From Antedon mediterranea (taxonomy: Eukaryota; Animalia; Echinodermata): DNA of 64,000 nt. Numbering within the stretch: position 1 is the stretch's first letter; the number at the start of each line of letters is the position of its first letter. The notes under the pieces are model-generated. The model was not told the origin of the DNA. It was given only the letters and a program-made list of their open reading frames with translations, and did no database searches. A program made the translations under genes and the position numbers. Location of the stretch: contig NC_092670.1 of the NCBI RefSeq assembly GCF_964355755.1, positions 5,384,201 through 5,448,200 of the forward strand, read 5' to 3'. Positions 24,095-35,500 of this stretch are shown here, one piece after another.

Positions 24095-26926
24095 ATGAAT
24101 CCAGAAATATTGCAAAAGAATGAAAGACTCCAGGTAGTTGATGAAAAACTACACTATGTGTGGCACTGCAAGAATTGTCCAAAGACATTTGAAACTAAAG
24201 AGACACTTAAGAACCATAAGGAAAATCAGTGTTATGCTGATGACAGGTTGTTAAACTGTGATGAGTGTAAGGACAAATTTAATGACAAACTTTCTCTAAT
24301 GATGCACAAACAAACACATGCCAAGATCAGGAACATACCATGTACAAAATGTGACGTCAAATTCTCATCAAAATATTACCTTTATCTACATCAGCAGAGT
24401 ATACACAAACAAGGATCAAACCCTTTTCCATGTTACATATGTAATGAAACATTCACTTATAAACTTGACAGATCTGCACACATCAAGTCAAAGCATGGTG
24501 ATATAAATTCATATTACTGTTACAAATGTGAAAAGAGTTTTAAATCGCGTAATGAATTAAAGAATCATAAAAAGACAACTTGCAAAACGTATGACTGTAA
24601 TTTATGTGATATGAAGTTTTCTGAAAATTCTCATCTTAAAAAACATGTACGTAACAATCATATGAATGGAAAACCTCACAAATGTGAGTTTTGTGAGGAA
24701 CGTTTTGTGAAGAAATGCGAGTTACTTGTTCATGAAAGAATCCATGGAAAAGAAAAGGTGTTTCAGTGTGAAATATGTTTGAAGCGCTATTCGAGTAGGA
24801 AAAGTCTGAAATGTCACCAGCAAGTTCATACTGGCAAACCATTACCAACATGTAAAGTCTGCAATTGCACATTTCTAATAAAAAGCCAACTTGCCAAGCA
24901 TGAGATCACTCATACTGAAGGAAAACCATTTAAATGTGATATTTGTCCAAAACGATATACTACGAAATTCCATCTTCAAGAGCACATGCGTGTTCATTTG
25001 AAAGATAAATCCTTTCAGTGTGAATATTGCGGAAAAATATTTCCATACAAACAAAGTTTAAAAGTCCATGTGCGTAGTCACACCGGTGAAAAGCCATATA
25101 GCTGTCCTCTTTGTAATTTGAGGTTTTCTAACAGTAGGCCTTATAAAAATCATAAAAAACGTTGTACTGATACCAAAAAAGTAAGGTTAGGTGACCACAA
25201 TGATAATGACACAAATTGTCCTTCAGATGATCATAAAATTGCTAGTACTCTTGTAACTAATTTTAGTTCTGGTGACGATTCATCAGTGATTCAGTTTGAA
25301 GTTGTTGTTTCAGATACAAATACTATTTCAATGCCTCAAAAAATTGAAATCAAAGCCAATAAATGCAGTAAAAAAATTTCTCCAACTGACAACCAAGAAA
25401 CTCTTAATGATGGTTGTGTTTCAACAGAGGAGAATTCTTCTCAGAACCAATGTCAACAGTCAGAGGTTATGTTATCGTTAGCAAAACTCCTTCAGAACTT
25501 TTCTGAAAATATTTGTAAACCTGATTATGAACATACTTGTACACAAGTAACTAGAATTAATGTTGGAAAAAATGTGGATACTAATTGTGAAGAACTGCAG
25601 AGTAACCTTATGAAATCCCTTGACCAAACTTTCAAGTGTGTTCACAAAGGGTTTGAAACAACAACAGTATCAGACAAAATTGTTGACCTTGAAAAAGTAC
25701 TTAAAGTGTCAACAAACTCTGAAATTGTTCTAGAAAGTGGAAACATTTTGCAGAATACTGAGCTTGAAAGCCCCAAATTGCAAACAATTGGCGAGACATT
25801 GGTTGAAGATTTAATTGTGGTTATAAATGACAAAGATGTAAGAAATAGCTATGAAGAGAAGGATGTGATTGCTGAAATTAAAGATATATCTAATATTAAG
25901 AGCACTGTATCTTCAGAAGGACATACAGTTTCTGAAAATAATGACAAAGTCTGTATATGTAGATACTGCAAAAGTGTCTTTCAAAATAGATACAGATTGA
26001 ATCAACATAATGCCACCTGTCAGTGTCATGGTGGCAAGAAGATTAAGTGTCAAGAATGTAAAGAGACATTTCCTTCTTTTTATTTTCTCAACAAACATGT
26101 TAAACTAAATCATGTTGGGGTAAAAGCATTCACTTGTGATAAGTGTGGTGAAAGCTTTATTGAAAGAAAAGACTTTAATATTCATATTCACAATTGCATG
26201 AAAATGAATGTTCCTTCACAGTTGAAATCGCACGTGACATTAAAAGAAGGAGAGGATCAAAGCTATGTATCTGTCTATTTATGTAAAATCTGTAACAAAC
26301 ATTTTATGTATAGAAAGCAACTATTAGAACACGAAGAGAAACATTTACCGCCTGCAAAGACATCCAAAACCTCAGAAATATTTGAATGTGAAGAGTGCTC
26401 AAAAGTTTTTGAAAACAGAAGACGAATGAAGTGGCATCAGCGTTTGCATAAGTATGGGAGGCCATATGTATGCAAGATCTGTGGGAGAAAGTTTGTTGAA
26501 AAGTGTACATTGGTGCACCATGAGAAAATTCATGAAGAAGGATTACCTCACCAGTGTAATTTGTGTCCAAAAAGATTTGACACAATAGGTCACCTGAAAG
26601 AACATTTTCTAGTTCATTCCAAAGAGAAGTCGTATCAATGCGAGACTTGTGGAAAAATGTTTGGCTTAATGAGAACATTAAAGAGACATGTCCGTGTTCA
26701 CACAGGAGAAAAGCCATATCAATGTAGCATATGCAAAAGACGATTCCCAGATGCCGGGAAGGTTAGAAGTCATCAGAAGCGTATTCACACTGAACATACT
26801 GATGCATGTGTATTAAAAGTTGATGATAACATTGATGCAGAGGCAGAAACAGAAGTTGTACTTAACCGCACTTGTGATGAGACTGTTTTTGTATCAGAAC
26901 TCATTGAAGTTGTTCCTAACTGCTAA
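24095..26926 (+). CDS. C2H2 zinc finger protein, about 21 fingers in two clusters (12+9) with an acidic spacer (943 aa)
   Basis: Intact ORF. Acceptor ttttttttgttag at 24033. Several fingers are C2HC variants. Confidence 0.92.
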   Translation: MNPEILQKNERLQVVDEKLHYVWHCKNCPKTFETKETLKNHKENQCYADDRLLNCDECKDKFNDKLSLMMHKQTHAKIRNIPCTKCDVKFSSKYYLYLHQQSIHKQGSNPFPCYICNETFTYKLDRSAHIKSKHGDINSYYCYKCEKSFKSRNELKNHKKTTCKTYDCNLCDMKFSENSHLKKHVRNNHMNGKPHKCEFCEERFVKKCELLVHERIHGKEKVFQCEICLKRYSSRKSLKCHQQVHTGKPLPTCKVCNCTFLIKSQLAKHEITHTEGKPFKCDICPKRYTTKFHLQEHMRVHLKDKSFQCEYCGKIFPYKQSLKVHVRSHTGEKPYSCPLCNLRFSNSRPYKNHKKRCTDTKKVRLGDHNDNDTNCPSDDHKIASTLVTNFSSGDDSSVIQFEVVVSDTNTISMPQKIEIKANKCSKKISPTDNQETLNDGCVSTEENSSQNQCQQSEVMLSLAKLLQNFSENICKPDYEHTCTQVTRINVGKNVDTNCEELQSNLMKSLDQTFKCVHKGFETTTVSDKIVDLEKVLKVSTNSEIVLESGNILQNTELESPKLQTIGETLVEDLIVVINDKDVRNSYEEKDVIAEIKDISNIKSTVSSEGHTVSENNDKVCICRYCKSVFQNRYRLNQHNATCQCHGGKKIKCQECKETFPSFYFLNKHVKLNHVGVKAFTCDKCGESFIERKDFNIHIHNCMKMNVPSQLKSHVTLKEGEDQSYVSVYLCKICNKHFMYRKQLLEHEEKHLPPAKTSKTSEIFECEECSKVFENRRRMKWHQRLHKYGRPYVCKICGRKFVEKCTLVHHEKIHEEGLPHQCNLCPKRFDTIGHLKEHFLVHSKEKSYQCETCGKMFGLMRTLKRHVRVHTGEKPYQCSICKRRFPDAGKVRSHQKRIHTEHTDACVLKVDDNIDAEAETEVVLNRTCDETVFVSELIEVVPNC

Positions 26927-27616
26927 TAGAATACAGATAGAGAGTAGTAGAGTATAGATAAGAGATTTGTTAAGACTTTTTTGAAAAGCTAAGATCTTTA
27001 TCGACTGACTGCTTGATTGACACTATCGGACATTTTATCCATTACGGTATTGTTATGTAACACAGAAAATCTGTTTCTATTTTATTACTTAATGTATAAA
27101 CATCATGAATGTTTATGAGATATTTGCATGAGTTGAAAGATTGAATGTTTCATTCAATGAGACAGAGCTGAGTTGAATGGAACAAACAATCTTTCAATTT
27201 ATTTAAATATATAGCATTTTTTTAATTTTGTGTAATGTAATTGGCTGTTGGATATAAAATGCCACAAATAAATAAACATTTTGCCAATGTGCTGGCTGTG
27301 ATGTTGATTGGAACCATAGAATATTGCTCAAATCAAATTGAGCTGAAACTGTTCTATGAAGAGTAATTCGCTCCTTAACGAACCATGAGTTGAGTGCGGT
27401 AACATTTTTAATCATTGTCAATCAAAATTAATGTCAATGTGTTAGTTTTAACAGTTAGTATTTTGTAAGGAGAAGTGCTCAAAGGCTTTGTATGATTTTT
27501 AATTTCAACCTTTGATATAATGACATAAATAATTCTTGTTAGAGTATTTTCATTAAAACAAATGAGTACACTTTGACTACATATTCTCAATTATTTTCAG
27601 ATTCATCCTGGCAAAT

Positions 27617-28002
27617 GGGGTGTCTCGAAAACAGAGACCTCGAAAACAGAGACCAGAGACCCAGGGTCTCTGTTTTCGAGAAAATCTCGAAAACAGAGAC
27701 CCCCACTAAAACGTCTCAATATTACGTAATATAGGGGGTCTCTGTTTTCGAGTTCTCGAAAACAGAGACCCCACTAAAACGTCTCAATATTACGTTATAT
27801 AGGGGGTCTCAGAGATCCCCTATATAACGTAATATTGACTTAATATTGAGACATTTTAGTGGGGGTCTCTGTTTTCGAGAACTCAAAAACAGAGACCCCC
27901 CTATATTACGTAATATTGAGACGTTTTAGTGGGGTCTCTGTTTTCGAGATTTTCTCAAAAACAGAGACCCTGGGTCTCTGGTCTCTGTTTTCGAGACACC
28001 CC
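27617..28002. mobile_element. Palindromic foldback MITE with 8-bp TSD
   Basis: GGGGTGTCTCGAAAACAGAGACC...GGTCTCTGTTTTCGAGACACCCC, almost fully self-complementary. Flanks TGGCAAAT / TGGAAAAT. Confidence 0.85.
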
Positions 28003-29349
28003 TGGAAAATACTATCTGACAACAGAAGTTTTAAATTTGATATTGATACATACATGTCTTTATTTGTCAATTGAATGCACAACAAATTACTGTCAGATAA
28101 AATTGAACCCTCGAAGCCCAACATGGCTTGTTACAACAAGTAGATAGGGGCCAATACTTATAAAAATCACAACTAAACACACAGAACCAACAGAAGTAAT
28201 ATTAAAATACTAATACTGTATTGAAAAACATAAATTATGAAATTGTACCTTAAAAAAAATTATTGTTATTACTTGTATAGCACACATTATACAACATTTA
28301 ATTATAATCAGCGGCGCTTCACATCAATCGGTATTGTAACATTATTTGAAATATAGTGCTTTTAAATGTTTTTTAAACTAAAAATATTTGTGAATGATAT
28401 GAAAGTTGATAACTGAATGTTTTTTTTATGAAGATATTTGTTTTCTGTTTTTACTAAAATTAGTGTAAATAAAAGTCTCTTGTATTTGATAAACATATTG
28501 AGACCTACTTACCATTCAAATATCAGCATACTACTGCTGTACTTACTACAAATCTGAACTAAAACTGGAACAGATTTGAAATTATTAAATTAAAACATGC
28601 TGTTCTTTGATAAAACTTAACTTTCTGCTGTTTATACGTTTTAAGTAAATAATAGTTCGCAATATCTAAAAAAACCTATTGAGAGTACAGCTGACCAATC
28701 AAATATTAGGATTTTAAAAGGTCAAGTAAACAATAAATAATTGACAAAATAGTGTCAAGCATAGATATTGTAACATTTGGGATAATCATGAAAAAATTAA
28801 AGTTTTGCCGATGTAATAGTTTCAGTCACACTGCAGCAAGACTAAATTCCATTTAAGATCCGGATGAATACGTTTATTTAGTCTGTTTGTTTTTTTTATT
28901 GACAAAATAAATGCCGAAAAGACAATATGAAAGAGTTAATTACACTGAGTACACCCCACTATATGTATGAACTATCACCTATAATTGTTCATATAAACCT
29001 ATTGTTAATTTGATGACGCAGTCCTGAGTCTTCTAATATTTAAAGTTCCTCTCGGATCTGAGCCAACCGCAATGGTATGTGGTAAGTGGAAATGGTCATT
29101 ATATAAAAATGGAAGTTATAATCTGACAATATAATCTAATTCGCTATTCTTATGTTTGGTTTTATTTAAATGTAATGCACATAATTGTTATTTGTATTAT
29201 TTTGTACAAAACGTTAACTGAGTTTAGAAATTGACGTTTTTGTAGTCATTTTCTAGGGTAGTTATATAATTAAACATACCTATTTAATGATGGAATCGTC
29301 TCGTGTGTGAATCGAACGATCGTCTCATTATGCTGACGCCCCCAAACTA

Positions 29350-29359
29350 TTCACGTGAC
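29350..29359. promoter_or_regulatory. CLEAR-type E-box (TCACGTGAC) upstream of NPC1
   Basis: TTCACGTGAC lies ~180 bp upstream of the NPC1 ATG. It matches the TFEB/MiT CLEAR consensus GTCACGTGAC at 9 of 10 positions. Confidence 0.55.
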
Positions 29360-29535
29360 AGAAGGCTAGGCCATCAGTTAGTTACAAATCGACGAACGAG
29401 AAGTGAGGAGGTTGTGTTTTTCACACAACACAGCCAGCCTAGCTTGCCTAGCCCAAAATCGACCGGCAGCGGACCAGCCCACCTTGATAATATAGTTGCT
29501 TGGAAAATCCACCAACATTGAGATAACGAATAATC

Positions 29536-32500
29536 ATGTTAACATTAATTCATCTGAAGGTTTTAGCAATATTATCAATTTATATTTTTATAGCACAGGT
29601 AAGTGTTTTGTTTGCTTTATTTTAGAATTGTCTAGCCTAGCTAGGGCCTAGCTAGATAGGCTAGGCTAGGCCTCTAGGTAGGCCTAATGTCTTTATTATC
29701 AATCAGTAAGAAGGCGAGGCCTAGTAGGGTAGCCTAGGTTATGTACACTGTGTGTGTGTGACAATTTGCTGTACATGTAAACTGTAAGCTTATTAGACCT
29801 AGATAAGCCTACATTTTAAGGAACATTACTGTATATAGTTAGGGACTGGCATATATTTTTTAATTTATCTTTCTGCATTTGAATAGTGTTCAGTTTGAAA
29901 GAGTATATAATCGTAAGCATTTTAAACTTTAAATCAACAAAATTGATTGAGTATTTAGAAAGTTATGAATAAAATAAGGTGTAAAAATTTGGCACCATCA
30001 CTAGGCCTACTATGCTTTGTTTACATAGGAATCCCCACCCCGCGTTTGTGACCTTGTACACAAATAGTCACTGGGTGAAAATACTACTAAAACACATATA
30101 AATACATTTTATGAACATATTTTTAATTAGAAAGTTGATGGTGACAAATATATATTTGCATAGTACCACATTTTGTTTGGAAATTGTGTCAAAATCACAA
30201 AAATAAGATAGAAAGTACTTATTTTATGTTTACCCGGCGCTAGTTCCGTTTCGCACCTGTCATTTATTTCGACTCAAAATGTGTTAAGAAACTTTATCGC
30301 GAGTACCACACCTTAGAATTAGGCCTCAAAAATACTTTTACGAAGGAGATCACACAAAAAGTAAAAAATAAATGCTTTAAATTGATGAATTTACAGACGT
30401 GTTTCTCGCACATCGGTTCATCAATTTCGCATACGCCATGTTCAATGTTGTTGTTTCTATGGAGCGCCAAAGGAGCAATCATAATAGAGGGCTAAAAACT
30501 CAATATAATGCGTATATTTAATGCATTTATTGGTGAAAATTACGTTCAATTTTACTATACTGTATTTTGTCAATGTCAATGCAACAAAACCCTAGGCCTA
30601 AATCAGCATCACTACCATGGAGTAATCACTACCTAGCCTAGGCCTAATAAGACTAAGAGGAATATTATTTAGATCATTGAGGTATAAATAAAAACTACAG
30701 TACATGTAATATGATGATGAATTTGTCGATTTTCATTCTTAAAAGTTAACGAAAACTGCGAAAACCATGTACAGTATCAACAGTAACATTTTTTTTTGCA
30801 TTGACATTGACAAAATATATTAAAATTGAACGTAATTTTCACCAATAAATGCATTAAATATACGCATTATATTGAGTTTTTAGCCCTCTATTATGATTGC
30901 TCTTTTGGCGCTCCATAAAAACTACAACATTGAACATGGCGTATGGAACCGATGTGCGAGAAACACGTCTGTAAATTCATCACTTTAAAGCATTTATTTT
31001 TTACTTTTTGTGTGATCTCCTTCGTAAAAGTATTTTTGAGGCCTAATTCTAAGGTGTGGTACTCACGATAAAGTTTCTTAACACATTTTGAGTCGAAATA
31101 AATGACAGGTGCGAAACGGAACTAGCGCCGTTTACCCTCTCCCCGGACTGCGCGAATGTCCCGGAGGAATACCCCCACCTCAGCCAGGCTGTGTGATGAC
31201 GTCATCAGGCACTTCGCGGCCTAGAATTGCTTACTCACCAAGCATCAGGTGATTAAAAACCTTTTGTGATCCAATATAGGTGATATTTATGTAAAACCAA
31301 AAATTTTACTAACATTTCGAGCCCAAAATAAAATGTCATCGCGAAGACATGTGGGCAAAGGAATTTCAAATTTTTCATCGGAATTTTCCGGAAAAGATCG
31401 TACAGTCATTCGTTTTTTCTGAATAGCCAATCAGAGTTCGTAAATTCATGCGCAAGTTGACCCCTTTTTAACAGGTTAAGGGTCGCACTTGTCTATTCCC
31501 TAAATATGTCTGCTGCCCTCTAGCGGTTTTGCTAGTCGCTAATATAGTGATTATGATGTGTACATATTCTTTGTCATCAATCTTTTTCATTTAAATATTT
31601 ATTTATTAGAAAAACAAATGAAAGACAAAGTTTCATGGCTATCATTATCAATAGCATGGCCTAAAAAGAACGCCGTGGCTAAAGATACGGTACCGTATTC
31701 TAACTTCTGTTTATTAAAGGTACGGTAAAATTGCATTACGTCATAATCACCCAAATGGGGTGCTGGTACGTGTGTGACGTCATCGTATAAGGACTTTGGA
31801 TTTTTTTCATATCGCGAAAACATTGATCAACCGCATTTTCTTTATGCTTCATTTATCGCCGTCCTGTGTGACAAAAACTAAATGTAGCCTACGTCTGTTA
31901 TTATTATTGAAAAGCCAAAACATGTTGATTTTAATTCTAGAATACAGAAAACCGTTTCAAAAGAGGCCTAGGCCTACTTACTACGTACTATAACCTCATA
32001 TAAGTTTGTTTGTGTAAGGAAAGCGATGCCAGGCTGCATTGATGACCGAATAAATATTATTATTATTATTATTATTATGTGTGCGCTGATTTCTGTGACT
32101 CAGCCCCGAAATCATAGTATTTGTTGAGGGCCCCTTTATTGTCCGCATTTGCTTGTTGCATTGTAAACAAAGTTTAATAAAAAATATACTGTAGGCCTAA
32201 ATAGGCCATTTGGAATAAAAATTAAAACCCTCACACATCCATGCAGCCTGGCGCCGCCGACAGGAATTCTCTACATACAACAGATGCGATATGAAAAAAA
32301 ATCGAAAGTCCTTATACGATGACGTCACACACACGTACCAGCACCCCATTGGCTGATTATGACGTAATACAATTTTACCGTACCTTTAGTAAACAGAAGT
32401 TAGAATACGGTACCGTATCTTTAGCCACGGCGTAAAAAAACCTTGTGTGATTGCTGAACGTGCATACTTTAGCATTGTTTTTTTTTTAAATTGAGGTAAA

Positions 32501-35500
32501 CTAATAACTAAAATAACCCGAATTATTATGTACAGTACAAGTAATAAGTAAAATAATAAAACAAGCCATATCAAGTCACTAATCCTTATAGGTGGTATTA
32601 ATTTCTACCAGTATGTCAGACCATACCCTCATGATGTTGAAATTCAAACTTTCTAGTAAGAACTTTAAACCATTAGAAAGTAACTGATTCATGTAACTTT
32701 CAAATTGCTGGCAGTGAGTGTGTAACATCATCTGGATGCTATCAATTAGGCCGCATTCATCAGATTTATATAACATTCAATTTTGTTTTTGTTGGGTTCG
32801 AAAAATGAAAGGAGAATTTGATCAAATCTTAAATTTGTTGCTTCTTGAAATTGAATCAGAAAATCTGAAAATTAAGTAGGTTAGGATAATATTAAAAGTA
32901 GTGCATAACTGTAGTTTTATTTCTTAATTTAAAAGGATGTAAATTGTGCCCTAAAAATAGGCCTACTGAAATTTTAAGTTACATAGTACAACCCCTTCAA
33001 TTGTAAGATAACTTATTTTGATAAACCCATAAACCATTATGTAATGCTGGGTCAATACAATTTATAATCAGTATAGCACTCTCTACTATCTATTCTAGGT
33101 GCCAATATTTGTTTAAATATAACAACTGTCAGTGCCATTGAGATATAATTGGCCTACAGTATTTCAAAATCTCTTGGAATAGGTTCTTTGAAAGAAAACA
33201 TTATACAAAGCATTGCAATGCAATTTGTTACATTTAGGATTTAAGATTGGGTGTCAATCTTATATAAATGACCCTTGGCCTTTCAAGTACAGTTGTGTTA
33301 TTGATTTTAATAAAAACTAAATTGTTCATAATTTCCACACCGTCAATGATTAATTTAAGCACTTTTTACTATAAAAAATTTCACATTTTAAGTTAAGACA
33401 TGTTTTCAAAAGAATAATATTTATTATTTTTAATTATGTTTTAGTAACATGGTTATTAGCATTTAGATTTTTTCCCAAATGTTCAAATTTAATGAAATTG
33501 TTTTTCTTTCTTGTAACAGAGTGCTAAAGTTATTCATGAACCAGGCCGATGTATATGGTACGATCAATGCGGAACAAATCCTGATACAGGCAAGCCAGTA
33601 AACTGCTTTTATAATGGCAAAGCAAAGCCTCTAATGGATCCAGAAGGACTTAAAATTCTGAATGATCTCTGTCCATGGTTAGTAACTGGTGACCACCCAC
33701 TGACATGCTGTTCAACATCACAGATGAAGACATTTCAAGGAAGTCTCCAAGTTCCCCAGCAGACGTTCGCAAGATGTCCTTCATGTTATCGTAACTTTGC
33801 CAACCTCTACTGTATGATGACATGCAGTCCTGATAACAGTCTTTTTGTAAATCCAACGAAAGTTATAAATGTCACAGATTCTTCTTATTTGAAAATTGAA
33901 AAACTGACCCCAAAGGACATCGGTCAAGATGTAACCAATGAGGAAATTAAAGAAACAAAAGTACTTGCCGCAGAAAATTCCCCGAAAAACATCACCAATT
34001 CTACTACCGCCATCACTTCCATCGATTACATTTTAGCACATGATTACGCTGATGGATTCTATAATTCTTGCTACCATGTCAACTTTCCAAGTTCAAATGT
34101 GAAAGCATTATCTCTTTTCTGCGGTCTTTGTGGCGGCTATGATAAATGCGCACCAGAATGTTTCCTCAATTTCATGGGTGACATCAACAATGGACAGACA
34201 CCGTTTGCCATTAATTTCACAATCACCGATAATCCACTTCCAGATAACATGGTAGCCGCTAACCACACTGCTCATAAATGTAGTGAGGGCGTAGGCAACA
34301 GCTCACTACCTTGCAGTTGTCAGGATTGCCCGGCAACGTGTCCACCATCGCCACCACGTCCAATGCCCACACCGCCGTGTATGGTAGGTAAATTAGGCTG
34401 TGTCACTTTTGCTATGATAATGGGTTTTATTGCTTTTGTAATGGTTTTTACCTTGGCGTTTATATGCTGTGTAAAATCTAACAAATGTCACCAAGGAACC
34501 TCGCTTAACGCAGCAAATGAGGATATATTTTATCGTAAGCCAGCGATCACAGAGAAAGATGTCGGATGTCGGGAATCTATTGGACAGAAAGAACAGCAGA
34601 TGCTCAACATGCTATTCCAAAAGTGGGGAACGATGTGTGCTGGTCATCCGTTTGTCGTTCTCTTCATCGGACTTGTCGTCATTTGTGGAGCGGGTATTGG
34701 CATCAGACAGTTTATAGTCATCACAGATCCAGTTGAATTGTGGTCACCACCAAAGAGCCAGTCAAGATTGGAGAAGAACTACTTCGATGACAACTTTGGA
34801 CCTTTCTATCGCACGGAACAACTCATTATCACAGCTCCATCATTTCATGCAAAACCATATGAAACCTACCAAGGTGAGACCATTCCATTCGGACCAGTCT
34901 TACAGAAAGAAATTTTGCACCAGGTTAGTGATATTCACTGCTACAGTACTGTACCCGAACTAATACCCTACTTATATTTACATCTGGACTGGGACAATGA
35001 CACCAAATTAAATCCCTTACAATTACATAATGTGATATTATTACACTACTAAGACCCCATTGTCGTAGATGATTTGATTAACATTTCTCTTTTTATTGTA
35101 TTGATGAACTAAAATGTACTGTGCTTTTGTGGGTGGTGAAAATGAAACCTTTGTTTATTTTCTTCCTAAAAGGTTTTGGATCTTCAAGATAGCATTGCGA
35201 ATCTGAAAGTTCCTTATAAAGACTCAACCATCACCTTAGACGATATCTGTTACAAGCCTCTATCTGAGAACTGTACCATAATGAGCGTCCTTAACTATTG
35301 GCAGAATAGCCATAAAGAACTGGACAGGGTACAGAAGGACCAGCAAGGATTCTGGACAGTGGCAGACTATCATGACCACTTTATGGCATGCATTGTGTAA
35401 GTTAGTTTTATTCAATAATAATCATACTACAGGGAAAAATTCTTAATTTGAAACTTTAGCAATATTGCTATCAAACTGAATTTTGTGATACGAAACATAG

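Noticed and set aside
28949-28960. SRE-like TACACCCCAC upstream of NPC1
   Set aside because: Only a partial match to ATCACCCCAC in a single copy; could easily be chance.
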